Of a stretch of 64,000 nt of DNA, positions 39,913-50,193 are shown one piece after another. The notes under the pieces were generated by a model. It was not told where the DNA came from, did not search any database, and saw nothing but the letters and a program-made list of their open reading frames with translations. Numbering within the stretch: position 1 is the first letter of the stretch; each line of letters begins with the position of its first letter. A program made the position numbers and the translations under genes. This stretch comes from a phage, in NCBI GenBank assembly GCA_011939005.1, contig GCA_011939005.1_4858.1; one strand, given 5' to 3'.

Positions 39913-40813
39913 CTTTTACAGTAAGGGAACCGTTTACTTCGATTTCAGCGGCGGTCATGTCTGCTTCTTTAACGAATATACCGTCCGCGTTCAGGAAACC
40001 CTTACGGTCTTTGATTTCATCCCACGCCAGAGAGAAACACTGTTCCAGAGTCATATCGTACGCATTAGCCAGCGCATTGGCGTATTCGACCATCTGCGCG
40101 AAGTGACATTCGATCATTACCGCGTCGCTGTTCTCGAAGTGTTTATATTCGAGTTGCTTAGCTGAGTCGATGCCGGCTTGATCCCAGATGTAATCAACAG
40201 CTGCTGTGAGATGGAAACGCATTTTGTGGAACAAGTAATGACTGTTCCCGGCGTGTGGTTTCTTTGAACGTGCGTCGTTGACGTATGTGCTGATATCGGT
40301 TGAGTCAAACTTAATGAGTTCCATCAAGTTAACCAACACGACCAGAGCATCACCGATACCGTCCATGATGTAACGACGTTTGTTTTTACTGATACCGGTT
40401 GCCGCTTCACCGTCTTCTTCGTAGAGTTTGGTGGCTTGGCTATACCAGACGCCGTTATCCAGAATACCACGCGCTTTAGACCAACCCATAACGTTAGTAA
40501 TACATTGTGGGATGGTGTACAAAGGTACGTAACGCGGACGATCAACCGTACCACGATACTCGACACCTTCCAACGTCCACGGCATTTCGAAATCATTTAT
40601 TTCCAAACGATGGTCGCCTGTGAAGACTTTACCTTCGACGTAAGTGTGACCGGTTTCACTGTTCACGCACAGGGTGTACAGTTTCTCAAAGGACCACGGT
40701 TTAACAAACTGACGTTGGCAGAATCCAGCCAGAAGCTCATTAATCTGTGCCAGGTACTGGTTAGGTTCAACAATAACGTTATACGGAATCTGGATAGTGA
40801 AACGATCGCCCAT
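39872..40813 (-). CDS. Hypothetical protein, 313 aa (C-terminal half weakly reminiscent of all-alpha NTP pyrophosphohydrolase; unverified)
   Basis: Strong SD aaggag; functional guess is low confidence. Confidence 0.55.
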   Translation of the reverse strand: MGDRFTIQIPYNVIVEPNQYLAQINELLAGFCQRQFVKPWSFEKLYTLCVNSETGHTYVEGKVFTGDHRLEINDFEMPWTLEGVEYRGTVDRPRYVPLYTIPQCITNVMGWSKARGILDNGVWYSQATKLYEEDGEAATGISKNKRRYIMDGIGDALVVLVNLMELIKFDSTDISTYVNDARSKKPHAGNSHYLFHKMRFHLTAAVDYIWDQAGIDSAKQLEYKHFENSDAVMIECHFAQMVEYANALANAYDMTLEQCFSLAWDEIKDRKGFLNADGIFVKEADMTAAEIEVNGSLTVKDEAFTDGEETVHG

Positions 40814-40825
40814 TTTGATAGCTCC

Positions 40826-40866
40826 TTAAACAAAAAAATAACTAGGGTGTCCATATGGACACCCTA
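40826..40866 (-). terminator. Terminator-like hairpin 40843-40866 with U-tract abutting SD of gene 39872-40813
   Basis: 10-bp stem tagggtgtcc/ggacacccta; plus A-run 40831-40839; SD aaggag immediately downstream on minus strand. Confidence 0.55.
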
Positions 40867-40875
40867 ATACGTATT

Positions 40876-41064
40876 TTAAATCTTGCACGCACCACCGGTG
40901 CAGTTGTCGTCGTCTTTCGACGGGTCAACGCCACCTTCCACACCTGCATCCGGGTCAAGTCCAGGGATAACCATCTCGTCATCCGGAGACATGTTTACAT
41001 CCGCACTTAACCCATCACGATACATGAACGTTGTGGCTTGCCCACGACCGAGTTCTCCAGCCAT
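40876..41064 (-). CDS. Small acidic hypothetical protein, 62 aa
   Basis: SD gagg 5 nt upstream; fits between flanking genes. Confidence 0.35.
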   Translation of the reverse strand: MAGELGRGQATTFMYRDGLSADVNMSPDDEMVIPGLDPDAGVEGGVDPSKDDDNCTGGACKI

Positions 41065-41076
41065 ATTTTCCTCTAC

Positions 41077-41556
41077 TTAATTAATCAGGTGTATCACAAC
41101 GTCTGTCGTTACTACGTCGACCAGACTGCGATAGATTTTATCGTAACTGAACTTGTTGAAGAAGAAACCCGCTTCGTCGACAATAACCAAGCCGAATTTC
41201 TCGTAGCCGGATATACCAGCACCCGTCGCGCGTTTCCAACCCTCGGGCAAGTAGTTACAGTGTACGGTCAACCAACCGTTCCCGGCAGCCTTTTCATGGA
41301 ACTTCTCCACTACTTCGTTTCGTAACGATTCATTGTGGACCAGATACAGAACGCTGCCGTGGAACTTTGCTGACATATCAACGGCGTGTGTTGTAACGCC
41401 CTTCTGACGACCGGCACCGTAACGGATGGTACGGAACTCACTCAGTGCAATATGCGGTAAAAAGCCACAGCTGCGGGCTTCATCGGAGTCCAGTTCGATA
41501 AGACCTTTGGACAGTTCTTTTACCACGGCACGATAATCGATCCGAGTTATAGACAT
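41077..41556 (-). CDS. Hypothetical protein, 159 aa
   Basis: ORF in operon. Confidence 0.5.
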   Translation of the reverse strand: MSITRIDYRAVVKELSKGLIELDSDEARSCGFLPHIALSEFRTIRYGAGRQKGVTTHAVDMSAKFHGSVLYLVHNESLRNEVVEKFHEKAAGNGWLTVHCNYLPEGWKRATGAGISGYEKFGLVIVDEAGFFFNKFSYDKIYRSLVDVVTTDVVIHLIN

Positions 41557-41567
41557 CTGTTTTCACC

Positions 41568-42335
41568 TTATTTGTAGTTAACCATATACGGCGCGCCCTG
41601 CTTAGTAAAGCCAACCGTCAGCTTGCTCGCCTCTTCTTTTACCCATGCGGGTAATTCTTCACGGAATGCCGGATTCAGGAACCAAATCTGCTCATAGCGC
41701 CCGTCAATCTTTTCAACAACACGTTCCCAACCTTCGACGTACGTCAACGAGAACCATTTAGAACGCGCCTGGCGTGCCCAGTAGTGGTATTCGATGGTTC
41801 GACCGACGTGAGTCAAGACATCAATCAGAACTTGGTAGAAGCTCGGCTTTCCGATGACATGGCTATACTCGAAGATAACAGACTCTTCGCCAGGGACGAA
41901 GTTATCTTCAAAATTCTTCTCCCCTGTTAACGGTACCATTATCGTGTCGTCGTTGATACATAACAACCAGTGCTTATTCGAAAATGTCGGCGTGTCGCCT
42001 GAGAAACGAGCCCAGCGATAATTTTCAATCGCGACGCCAATCTGTGGCCGTAGTGTATCGACCACCTTCGCTATCGCTGCAGGGTCTATCGGCTCATAAA
42101 CCAGACAAATCGCTTGCGCTTGCTCTCTTTCCTGCTCAGGTTCCGCAGGTCGTGGTCGCCGCCCCAGCATCAAAATACCACTAAGATTAGTTTCCCCAAT
42201 CTCAATGATTTCTATTTCGCTAGTGGGAAGCTGCCGTTTAGCGTCCTCCATGTCGACGGCCCCTAATAACCCGTATTCGTAGTCGTCAAATTCCACTGTG
42301 TAGAATTCATCGGAGAACGCAAAGAGTTTCATCAT
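41568..42335 (-). CDS. Hypothetical protein, 255 aa
   Basis: ORF in operon. Confidence 0.55.
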   Translation of the reverse strand: MMKLFAFSDEFYTVEFDDYEYGLLGAVDMEDAKRQLPTSEIEIIEIGETNLSGILMLGRRPRPAEPEQEREQAQAICLVYEPIDPAAIAKVVDTLRPQIGVAIENYRWARFSGDTPTFSNKHWLLCINDDTIMVPLTGEKNFEDNFVPGEESVIFEYSHVIGKPSFYQVLIDVLTHVGRTIEYHYWARQARSKWFSLTYVEGWERVVEKIDGRYEQIWFLNPAFREELPAWVKEEASKLTVGFTKQGAPYMVNYK

Positions 42336-42336
42336 C

Positions 42337-42600
42337 TTATTTCTCCATTGTTTTAAAGAGAACGTCTACGCTGTTACGGAGCATATTCAATTCTTCTTCT
42401 TTCTTACGCAGCAGCATTTCAGGAGCGTTCTTTGCAAACTCTTTCAATGCCATTTGGACGACATGCGAATCGGTTTCGTCCGGGAACAGGGCCTTTAATG
42501 CAACCCATTCTTCCGCCGTGAAAACATCGCCTTTGCGAACATTACGCTGTTGTGGTAGTCGAATTGTTTTACTGAGTCGGTCAGTCATAGCTCCACCCAA
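42337..42600 (-). CDS. Hypothetical protein, 87 aa
   Basis: ORF in operon. Confidence 0.45.
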   Translation of the reverse strand: MGGAMTDRLSKTIRLPQQRNVRKGDVFTAEEWVALKALFPDETDSHVVQMALKEFAKNAPEMLLRKKEEELNMLRNSVDVLFKTMEK

Positions 42601-43121
42601 ATCAGTTTAAAGGTATCACCTTCTAAGCCAGTCGGATGAATAATCATCGCTTCGGTATAGATAGGCTCTTCTTCTGCAATGCGGTGTTCAGCTGCTAAGC
42701 CTGAAAGGTGCATGTAGAGGTCTTCATCCATATCCCCGTTAAAAGATGAGGTCAGGATGAAAGGTGTGGATTCTGCGATTTGCAAAAGCGTTTCTTTGCT
42801 AATCTGCATCTCCATTGTCCGACGTCGTTCCATCCAACTGCCTTGTTCGTGGATATACGGGTCGGTATTAATGCGAACGACAGGTTCCGTAGACACACCC
42901 AGACCACGCGACATCATCTGGATAGCCAGAAGCGTCCACCATTCTTGTTCAGCTATCGGGAAACCGATAGCTTTCATCGTCCCGTCCGGTTGTGGAACGT
43001 GCAGTTGTCCACGATGTTCGTCTGGAAATTCGATGATCTTCTGACCATTGACAGGAATAAACGGCGGTTCGTCCGTAGCAACCACCACTTTAGGTTTGAA
43101 TGGAACGACGTTGTCAACCAT
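42585..43121 (-). CDS. Hypothetical protein, 178 aa
   Basis: ORF in operon. Confidence 0.5.
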   Translation of the reverse strand: MVDNVVPFKPKVVVATDEPPFIPVNGQKIIEFPDEHRGQLHVPQPDGTMKAIGFPIAEQEWWTLLAIQMMSRGLGVSTEPVVRINTDPYIHEQGSWMERRRTMEMQISKETLLQIAESTPFILTSSFNGDMDEDLYMHLSGLAAEHRIAEEEPIYTEAMIIHPTGLEGDTFKLIWVEL

Positions 43122-43133
43122 AAACGCTCCTAA

Positions 43134-44171
43134 TTAGATAGCGACAGGCGCAGATATTTTTTCATGGGACTGATACCCGACGATTTCGAAATCTTCGAAC
43201 TTATAATCGAAGATAGAATCCGGTTTACGCTTGATGACCAGTTTCGGTAAAGGTAAAGGTTCGCGCGTCAGCTGCAATTTAGCCTGTTCCAGATGGTTGG
43301 AGTACAGATGTACGTCACCACCACTCCAAACGAAATCGCCTGGAACCATGTTAACTTGCTGAGCTACCATGTGTACGAGTAATGCGTAAGACGCGATGTT
43401 GAACGGTGTTCCCAGGAAGAAGTCTTGGGAACGTGCATACAGCTGACATGAAAGAATGCGGCGAGGTATTTCAAGTGCGTCCATCTCAACGTGGAACACT
43501 GCGTCGTCTGCAACAGCTTCATTACTAAAGCGGGAATCGTTAAATTGATCTGGAAGGTTCTTTTCAAACCAATCAAGACGCTCGTCGATAGACAGCTCAC
43601 GAGTGTAGAACTGAAAGAACGCATGACACGGAGCTAACGCCATTTGATCCAACTCACCCACATTCCATGCGCTGACAATAATACGGCGACTGTCAGGATC
43701 GTTACGCAGTTGGTCAATCACCTTAGAGATTTGGTCGTGTAGTTTCAGAAGTACACGCGCATCGAACATTTGTGAACCGTCGTCCGCGTCGCCATAATCC
43801 ACGTATCCTGCATCTTGCAGTTTCTCGAGTAAAGCTGCATTTTTCTTAGGCACCAGTTTCACATCTTTCCAACGTCTCCACTGTTCCCCATACAGGGGGC
43901 CAAGGTTCCCATTTTCATCTTGCCACTCCCGCCAAATGGTAACGCCGTTATCTTCCAGATATTTGGTGTTGGTATCGCCACTAAGGAACCACAGCAGTTC
44001 GTGAATAATAGAACGCAGGTGGAGTTTTTTAGTCGTGACTAGTGGGAAACCTTTGCGCAAATCAAAACGCATTTGGCGACCAAAGACGGAGAGCGTCCCT
44101 GTTCCAGTACGGTCGCCTTTAACATGCCCTTCATCCAGAATATTCTGCATCGTTTCAAGGTATTGCTTCAT
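43134..44171 (-). CDS. thyA: Thymidylate synthase (ThyA family) with two in-frame insertions
   Basis: Near-colinear match to E. coli ThyA recalled from memory: [125 protein letters not shown]; catalytic Cys in PCH present. Confidence 0.95.
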   Translation of the reverse strand: MKQYLETMQNILDEGHVKGDRTGTGTLSVFGRQMRFDLRKGFPLVTTKKLHLRSIIHELLWFLSGDTNTKYLEDNGVTIWREWQDENGNLGPLYGEQWRRWKDVKLVPKKNAALLEKLQDAGYVDYGDADDGSQMFDARVLLKLHDQISKVIDQLRNDPDSRRIIVSAWNVGELDQMALAPCHAFFQFYTRELSIDERLDWFEKNLPDQFNDSRFSNEAVADDAVFHVEMDALEIPRRILSCQLYARSQDFFLGTPFNIASYALLVHMVAQQVNMVPGDFVWSGGDVHLYSNHLEQAKLQLTREPLPLPKLVIKRKPDSIFDYKFEDFEIVGYQSHEKISAPVAI

Positions 44172-45031
44172 TAGATACTATCCCTCTTTAAGCTTTCAAA
44201 TAAGTAAAGTAGATCATCATTCATCACCACATTCACACCGCCATCTGTGTAGGCTGCGGTTATTTCAGGTACACGTTCGAACAGGATACGATTCCAGCGC
44301 ACTGAGTCACGAACATATTTGTCCAGCAGTTCGTTTAACGTAGTTGCGAGTGCAGCATTGATTGTCGGCAACTCGTCGCGTTTAAACGGCCGGTGGCAAT
44401 AGGGCGCAAGGTGCGTAGCGACACAACTGTCCAGGACAGTCTGGAACATCAGACAGATGGCTGGCCCAGCCATCTGTCTAGAACCAGGCAATTTATCGCC
44501 AGTAAAATCATCAGACGCGGGAACAAACAACCCGATGCCGTTCATTTCACCTTTCGTGTTGATTAGCACACGATGTCCGTTGTATATTACACGGCCGAAT
44601 TCCAGGCCGCAGATACGCGCCAACATTCGGTATTGTCGCGCCAAACTATGCAGCTCGGTAACGTAGCTGTGGGGCTCGTGCTCATCTTGCAATATGAGTC
44701 CAACCACTTCGGTGGCAACAACAAAAAGGTTATGAAGACGGAACTCTTTGGTGTTTCCCGTGGTGCGGTCTTTTATAGCTGCATCCAGTGGAATAACGAA
44801 ATCTCCCACGTTCGTGTGCTTGCCGAAGTGCAACAGACCAACGAACGCCCAAAGAGAGCGACCCATGGCCGCCGCCACTTTCAAGTTGTCCATCTTCTGC
44901 ACACCTTCAGCGACGTCGCCTAATGTGCGATAGAACTTGGCTAGCTGCTGCTCGCGTGTCCCGTATTGGTAAATCTTCGCTTGCCGGTACCAATCATCAA
45001 CCGCCTGAGTCTGCTGAATAATACTAAGCAT
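44171..45031 (-). CDS. Hypothetical protein (about 286 aa; start at ATG 45031)
   Basis: SD aggagg 7 nt before ATG 45031; longer ORF to 45097 would overlap upstream gene. Confidence 0.55.
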   Translation of the reverse strand: MLSIIQQTQAVDDWYRQAKIYQYGTREQQLAKFYRTLGDVAEGVQKMDNLKVAAAMGRSLWAFVGLLHFGKHTNVGDFVIPLDAAIKDRTTGNTKEFRLHNLFVVATEVVGLILQDEHEPHSYVTELHSLARQYRMLARICGLEFGRVIYNGHRVLINTKGEMNGIGLFVPASDDFTGDKLPGSRQMAGPAICLMFQTVLDSCVATHLAPYCHRPFKRDELPTINAALATTLNELLDKYVRDSVRWNRILFERVPEITAAYTDGGVNVVMNDDLLYLFESLKRDSI

Positions 45032-45443
45032 ACTCTTCCTCCTGATACGCGTAGCAGATTGCAAAGTTAAGCTGGCCGGTTGCGCGAGAAACGACAACGG
45101 CGATAGTCTGGTCTTCTACACCCGACATCGGTGTGCCCTGGTTAACCATTTGACCTGCGGCTTTACTTACCGGACCCAGCAAACGCCAGCTGTACAGACG
45201 GCTACGTAACGCGGCGTTTTGTAAGAAAGCGGAGCCGCAATCATAGTCGATGTTAAACGCCGCAAACATTGGACCACAGTTTGCCATCGTGCCGTTTAAC
45301 GGCAGCTCGCTCGTTACCACAATCTTCACAGGCTTGTCTTTGAGACGTTGTGCTAACGCTTCCCAGTTAGCGTTATTAGTGCCAGCGACGATGGTGTTGT
45401 TCAGAAGTAAGCCAACGCCTTTTTCAAACGCGATATTGTTCAT
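45024..45443 (-). CDS. Hypothetical protein, 139 aa
   Basis: SD aggaga. Confidence 0.5.
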   Translation of the reverse strand: MNNIAFEKGVGLLLNNTIVAGTNNANWEALAQRLKDKPVKIVVTSELPLNGTMANCGPMFAAFNIDYDCGSAFLQNAALRSRLYSWRLLGPVSKAAGQMVNQGTPMSGVEDQTIAVVVSRATGQLNFAICYAYQEEEYA

Positions 45444-45491
45444 TATAGTTCTCCTTGAGGTCTTTTACATACGTACAGCCGTGGCCGTAAA

Positions 45492-45854
45492 TTATCGAAG
45501 AATAAGAATTTGACTACTGTCGTGCACATTGTACGTATTCATCCTGGGCTTGCTAGGCGGGTTGAATCCCATCAATAATTCGCACAATACACGACCAGGC
45601 TGCCCACTGAAGATAACCAGATGCGTGGTGTCTTCGCCGTCTCCAAGTCGGGAGAAAGCCACGCGTGGTGATGCAGCTTGCGTGTAGAGCTGCAGCAGTT
45701 GAAACTTACCTTCTGCGAAGGGAGCAAGTTTCTCTTTCCACTCGACCATAGATGATTCGTCGAGTTCTAACGTGCGTACACGTCTCCCGGCGCTATCCGC
45801 AACTCCACAAACAAACACGATTCCGTGACGATTAAAGAAGAAGCCGATTTGCAT
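45492..45854 (-). CDS. Hypothetical protein, 120 aa
   Basis: SD aaggag immediately after terminator U-tract. Confidence 0.5.
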   Translation of the reverse strand: MQIGFFFNRHGIVFVCGVADSAGRRVRTLELDESSMVEWKEKLAPFAEGKFQLLQLYTQAASPRVAFSRLGDGEDTTHLVIFSGQPGRVLCELLMGFNPPSKPRMNTYNVHDSSQILILR

Positions 45855-45869
45855 TTACATACTCCTTAA

Positions 45870-45908
45870 GATAAAAAATGAAGATACCCTCTCCCGAAGG
45901 AGAGGGTA
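45870..45908 (-). terminator. Intrinsic terminator (hairpin 45885-45908, C(UUCG)G loop) abutting SD of gene 45492-45854
   Basis: 10-bp stem taccctctcc/ggagagggta, loop cgaa on plus; A-run 45872-45877 on plus. Confidence 0.7.
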
Positions 45909-45912
45909 CGAC

Positions 45913-46575
45913 TTAGATGCGGGTTTCATTATCCCAGTAGTTCCGAATGACTTCCTGGGCTTCAGCATCCGACGGGTTGCCTGGAATAGCGTCTTCTACT
46001 GCAAACGGCAATACGTCCTTGATAGACGTCAGCTCAAATCGCTCAACTTCCAGTTCGACTTTTACCCACTCGCCGAATGTCGTGGAGTCGCGCAGTTCGT
46101 TGACAAGGTCTTCGAAACCTGCCTGCGATTCGATAACTGGGTGACCTGCCAGTTTAAAGAACAAGTCGATATCCCAATGCTTCGCACCTTGCTCTGCCAG
46201 TTCACCTGGTTCGAGTTTGATACGACGCACGAGATGTGCAAGATTGCCATCTTCGTAGAAGGTCAGACCCGAAGCAAACCCGATATCCGAGTTCTCTTCG
46301 ATACGACCATCAGATGCTTGTCGTTTTAACGTTAAGACTGCGGTTTTATCGGTGGACAACCGCACGCGACGTTTGCCGTTAACGACCGGCATAATGACAT
46401 CCAGGAACGTTTCACCTGTCTGACCAAACAGCCATTGCCAACCTTCTTCAGTGGGTTTAACCCACATGCAATACTCACGTTCCTTCTCCGTAGAGATGGA
46501 CTCACGCGCAACAGTAATGACTTCTTTTTCCTGCTGCTCGTCTAAGTTTTTGAGAATATCAAATAGTCCCATCAT
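45913..46575 (-). CDS. Hypothetical protein, 220 aa
   Basis: ORF followed by strong terminator. Confidence 0.55.
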   Translation of the reverse strand: MMGLFDILKNLDEQQEKEVITVARESISTEKEREYCMWVKPTEEGWQWLFGQTGETFLDVIMPVVNGKRRVRLSTDKTAVLTLKRQASDGRIEENSDIGFASGLTFYEDGNLAHLVRRIKLEPGELAEQGAKHWDIDLFFKLAGHPVIESQAGFEDLVNELRDSTTFGEWVKVELEVERFELTSIKDVLPFAVEDAIPGNPSDAEAQEVIRNYWDNETRI

Positions 46576-47410
46576 CGATTCCTAGTTTCTTCAAAAGTTC
46601 GGTTCGATCAAACGTACTGTCCTCAGGATCGATATGTTCAGCTATCATCTCAATCAGATTTGGTAGCCAGTCCCAGTGTGCTGGGAATATCTTACGCCCT
46701 TGCATCATGTAATAATGCTTAAGCGGGATACGTGCTCGCAGAATCTCTGCAAATACATTACCTAACGATGTCCCGTCGACCGACAGTATAAAGAGTTTAT
46801 TTACCAGCGCATGGATAAAACGGCTTTCTGTAACCGGGGTAAATGAACCGGGCTTATAGCTGGTTCCTCCGTAGATTTCCGCTTTCAGATTACGACCTAA
46901 CCGGATACAGTCGGTGCCATCCAGTGCACGCAACTTCTCAATATCAGGCCAGGTGTTCACTGCCTGTCGCATGATATCAAATTCCATCACCAAAGTGCGG
47001 TTATCAATTTCACGCATTAAGTAATCCAGAATACGCAGGTAATGATAATAACCTTCGAGCGTCCGGAAAGGTCCGTGGGGGGTAACAAAATACTCACCAG
47101 GGCGAGCATAGAAGTTACTCGCCATCCGACCTATCTCAGTTCGCCCCTGCGAATAGATGTTGAAGTGATTCAGACCGTCTGTAGACGGCGTGATATCCAC
47201 CAAGGTACTCTGGTAACCCATACGCAGTAAATAGCGTACAAAGGCTTCCTTTTCTTCTGGTGGTAGGATGGGACGTAAAACAGGATATGTGGCTTCTACC
47301 GAGGCGGGCAACGTAAACCCAAAAGCAGCCGCCAAAGCATCCACCGATGCACCATCGACACGTAGACGTTCCAACGCACTACGCAAAAACTTACCTTCAT
47401 CTTTCGACAT
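46559..47410 (-). CDS. Hypothetical protein, 283 aa
   Basis: ORF in operon. Confidence 0.55.
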   Translation of the reverse strand: MSKDEGKFLRSALERLRVDGASVDALAAAFGFTLPASVEATYPVLRPILPPEEKEAFVRYLLRMGYQSTLVDITPSTDGLNHFNIYSQGRTEIGRMASNFYARPGEYFVTPHGPFRTLEGYYHYLRILDYLMREIDNRTLVMEFDIMRQAVNTWPDIEKLRALDGTDCIRLGRNLKAEIYGGTSYKPGSFTPVTESRFIHALVNKLFILSVDGTSLGNVFAEILRARIPLKHYYMMQGRKIFPAHWDWLPNLIEMIAEHIDPEDSTFDRTELLKKLGIDDGTI

Positions 47411-47419
47411 AGAGGTACC

Positions 47420-48694
47420 TTACAAGGCGAAATAGCTCTGCACCAGCGTACTGGCAGACTGATATTGGACACTACCACCGGCGATAACGTACGGACGTTT
47501 CTCGGTGGTCAGGAGTGCTTGAATCGCATTACTGTTGGCGTAAGTGTAAAGTTTAAGCTCAACCATTCCAGGATTCGTTTTAGAGATATCCCAGTTTGGA
47601 TTAAGCGCATTAAACAACGTCAACAGTCGCTGACCGTAGGTGCTGTAACCCACACCCGGCTCAACGTTAAGGTTCATCAGAAGATTCTGAATAACAGTAT
47701 CTGCAATCTCAGCACCTTGACCTGGCTGTAGTTTAGGCAAGTAATACTCAACAGAATTGAGATTGCCCGCAGCCGCAGCCTGTATCATCAGTTCGCCGTA
47801 CAACGCTTGTTGTGCAATAGGATCGGTGATAGCCTGAATCATCGGATCGATGCGATTCGGCAGACCGTATTGATTGAGCTTCGTGGACATACCGTATATC
47901 AACGCGGACGAGGTGTTGATATCCAGCGAGGAGAAATTCCCACTCCCGCCCGTAAAGCTATCAATGATCCCGTCGATAGACAAGAAGTCGTCCAGGTCCT
48001 TAAAGCTATCAAACGTGTGCGTAACGTCGTCAATCAGTGCGGTGACTTGCCACTTGGCGCTATTGGCCATATCGACGTAGTTACCGATTTCACGCTGTAC
48101 CTCACCAGGCAGTTTGGCAAGCTGTCCCGCGATGTTCATCGTGGACTCCAGGCGAGCTTTCACTGACGCATAATCTGTCCCGACCGCGCTTAAAGCGCTA
48201 TCGCGAAGATCAGTCAGTGTATCCCATCCCTTACTTAACAGACTACCTGCGCCGCCCGGTGAGAGATAGCTCAGTGCAGTTTTCCCTTCCTGGTTTACCT
48301 TCTGAAAGGGTTCGGACACATCGCGCTTCTGTGGATCGATAACTGGCAGCGCTTCTTTCGTGTTGGAAGCAAAAGTAGGCACACGTTGTGGCGGCGATAC
48401 TCCGGAAGCCGCTGAACCTGCTGCCTTTTTACCACCTACCGTGACTTGGTCGCCACCCCCGAACACGTTACCAAATTTTTCACTTATCGTGTTGCCAATG
48501 TTGGAGATCTTGTCGAAAGTTTCCCCTGCTTTGGCGGTTACGTTATTGTACAAATTTTGAGCACTTTCAATACCGCGCTCGGCATTACCGATCGTTGACT
48601 GGACACGGTTTTGAACATCGTTAACTTTGTTCTCTATTGCGCCCGTTGTGTTGCTTATCTGGTTGGTAATCCCATCAAGGTTGTTCAGTTTCAT
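47420..48694 (-). CDS. Hypothetical protein, 424 aa (N-terminal coiled-coil-like, Gly/Ser-rich linker)
   Basis: ORF; SD ggag. Confidence 0.55.
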   Translation of the reverse strand: MKLNNLDGITNQISNTTGAIENKVNDVQNRVQSTIGNAERGIESAQNLYNNVTAKAGETFDKISNIGNTISEKFGNVFGGGDQVTVGGKKAAGSAASGVSPPQRVPTFASNTKEALPVIDPQKRDVSEPFQKVNQEGKTALSYLSPGGAGSLLSKGWDTLTDLRDSALSAVGTDYASVKARLESTMNIAGQLAKLPGEVQREIGNYVDMANSAKWQVTALIDDVTHTFDSFKDLDDFLSIDGIIDSFTGGSGNFSSLDINTSSALIYGMSTKLNQYGLPNRIDPMIQAITDPIAQQALYGELMIQAAAAGNLNSVEYYLPKLQPGQGAEIADTVIQNLLMNLNVEPGVGYSTYGQRLLTLFNALNPNWDISKTNPGMVELKLYTYANSNAIQALLTTEKRPYVIAGGSVQYQSASTLVQSYFAL

Positions 48695-49553
48695 TGGAAC
48701 TCCAGAATCTATACGTCGCTAACGGAACGTTGTCGCTGACCTCATATTCTCTACCACTACGATGGCGAACTTTGAAAGTGATTTCGAACTCACGTACGTC
48801 CAGCGCTTGTAAGATTATTAGAAACCAACGCCAGGTGATTGCCTCGGTGTGACGCATCGCCTGTTTCATGTTGTTTCGTCTGTCCCCACGTTTGGATGAT
48901 GTGCCTGGGCACAACTTAGGGTTGTTGACGTAGTTCGTCGTCCACCGTTCCAGTTTATCACCATCGATTTTATACCCACGAATAATTTTGTAGATTAAAC
49001 GCAGGAGAATATGCTTCATCACATGTTCGATGGTGTGATCGATGTTCGCGATATACTCGTTAACGTCGTGAGATGCAGGATGCTCGAAACGCTCTTTACG
49101 TTTCTTCCTGTTCTCATTACGTAAGTTCTTAATGAAGTCCTCACGCACAAACGTACTGTCGAATACAAAACACTTCGTGTCAAAGCTTCCCCGCTTAGTC
49201 AGCATGGTGACTGTTAGCGTTTGCATCTCCAGGATAACTAATCCCTCGATGAAACGTTTCCACGTAAAATCGACTGTCAGGTTACGTACCGAACCACCCG
49301 TAAGTGAGGTGTTCAGCCGGTTAACGCGGTCGGTCATCGTGGTCAGTTTGCTGTCACGAAACTGTTTCAGATACTCCGGGTCGTTGACATGTTGACGGAT
49401 AAGGTCTTTCCATATCCCGTCGCTAATACCCATCAACTTAACCAGATTCCAATAAGCATTCCTTAACGGGTAGCTGGAATCCGACGCTGGTGGCGTACCG
49501 TGCCAAATTTGCTCGCGTGTGCTATTCAGCGGCGGCTTTTTCTCATCATCCAT
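48675..49553 (-). CDS. Hypothetical protein, 292 aa
   Basis: ORF in operon. Confidence 0.55.
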   Translation of the reverse strand: MDDEKKPPLNSTREQIWHGTPPASDSSYPLRNAYWNLVKLMGISDGIWKDLIRQHVNDPEYLKQFRDSKLTTMTDRVNRLNTSLTGGSVRNLTVDFTWKRFIEGLVILEMQTLTVTMLTKRGSFDTKCFVFDSTFVREDFIKNLRNENRKKRKERFEHPASHDVNEYIANIDHTIEHVMKHILLRLIYKIIRGYKIDGDKLERWTTNYVNNPKLCPGTSSKRGDRRNNMKQAMRHTEAITWRWFLIILQALDVREFEITFKVRHRSGREYEVSDNVPLATYRFWSSNETEQP

Positions 49554-49586
49554 ACATCACCTTGTTACAAGGGAATAGATTAAAAG

Positions 49587-50117
49587 TTAGAGATAGTGTT
49601 CCACTATCACTTCTAACTCGCGGAAGATATGTGCGGTTTGATTAAACAGCGTATCCTGTTCGGGTGTTTGTTTATCAAATGCACGCTGATACAGTTCTAA
49701 CATAGCGAAGACTGTGCGCAGTTTATCACGCGCGACTTCAGGATCGGATGCACCGAAATAATGATCAAGCCATCGTGGTTCTGAACTCTCTCCTTTTCTA
49801 TCGATTGCCTCAGGCAACTCTAACCAACGCTGATTGGGAATGTTGCTACTGGATACACGGTTATACTCAGAAATGAAGAATTCCAATCGCTCCACCAACG
49901 TGTCAAAATCTCGAATACGTAATTCGAGTTGTCCACGCAATGAAAAAGGAAGGTATTCTTTCCCATTATATTCCAGAGGCTCTGTAATGAGTTCTAAGCC
50001 CACCATCACTCTGTGCAGGGTGTTATGGGTATTCTTATGAAACTCAGCCTCCAAAGAGCGTCTGCGAGCTTCTACAGCCTTACGACGCAGGAGTGTTGAA
50101 AGCCATTTAAAAAGCAT
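49587..50117 (-). CDS. Hypothetical protein, 176 aa
   Basis: ORF. Confidence 0.5.
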   Translation of the reverse strand: MLFKWLSTLLRRKAVEARRRSLEAEFHKNTHNTLHRVMVGLELITEPLEYNGKEYLPFSLRGQLELRIRDFDTLVERLEFFISEYNRVSSSNIPNQRWLELPEAIDRKGESSEPRWLDHYFGASDPEVARDKLRTVFAMLELYQRAFDKQTPEQDTLFNQTAHIFRELEVIVEHYL

Positions 50118-50193
50118 AGGTGTTATCCTATTATGAGATGTTGTCTCGGATAGATAATATCTGTCTGAGTTCTTTTTGAGATGAGGTTATCCC

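Noticed and set aside
41077-41556. Thymidine kinase assignment for the 159-aa ORF (RYGAG and VIVDEAGFF resemble Tdk motifs)
   Set aside because: No P-loop GKS/T at the N-terminus, motif spacing differs from Tdk, and the C-terminal zinc ribbon is absent; kept as hypothetical.
43134-44171. Intein or homing endonuclease within thyA
   Set aside because: The two insertions are only about 37-40 aa, in-frame, without HNH/LAGLIDADG/GIY-YIG motifs or intein splice-junction residues.
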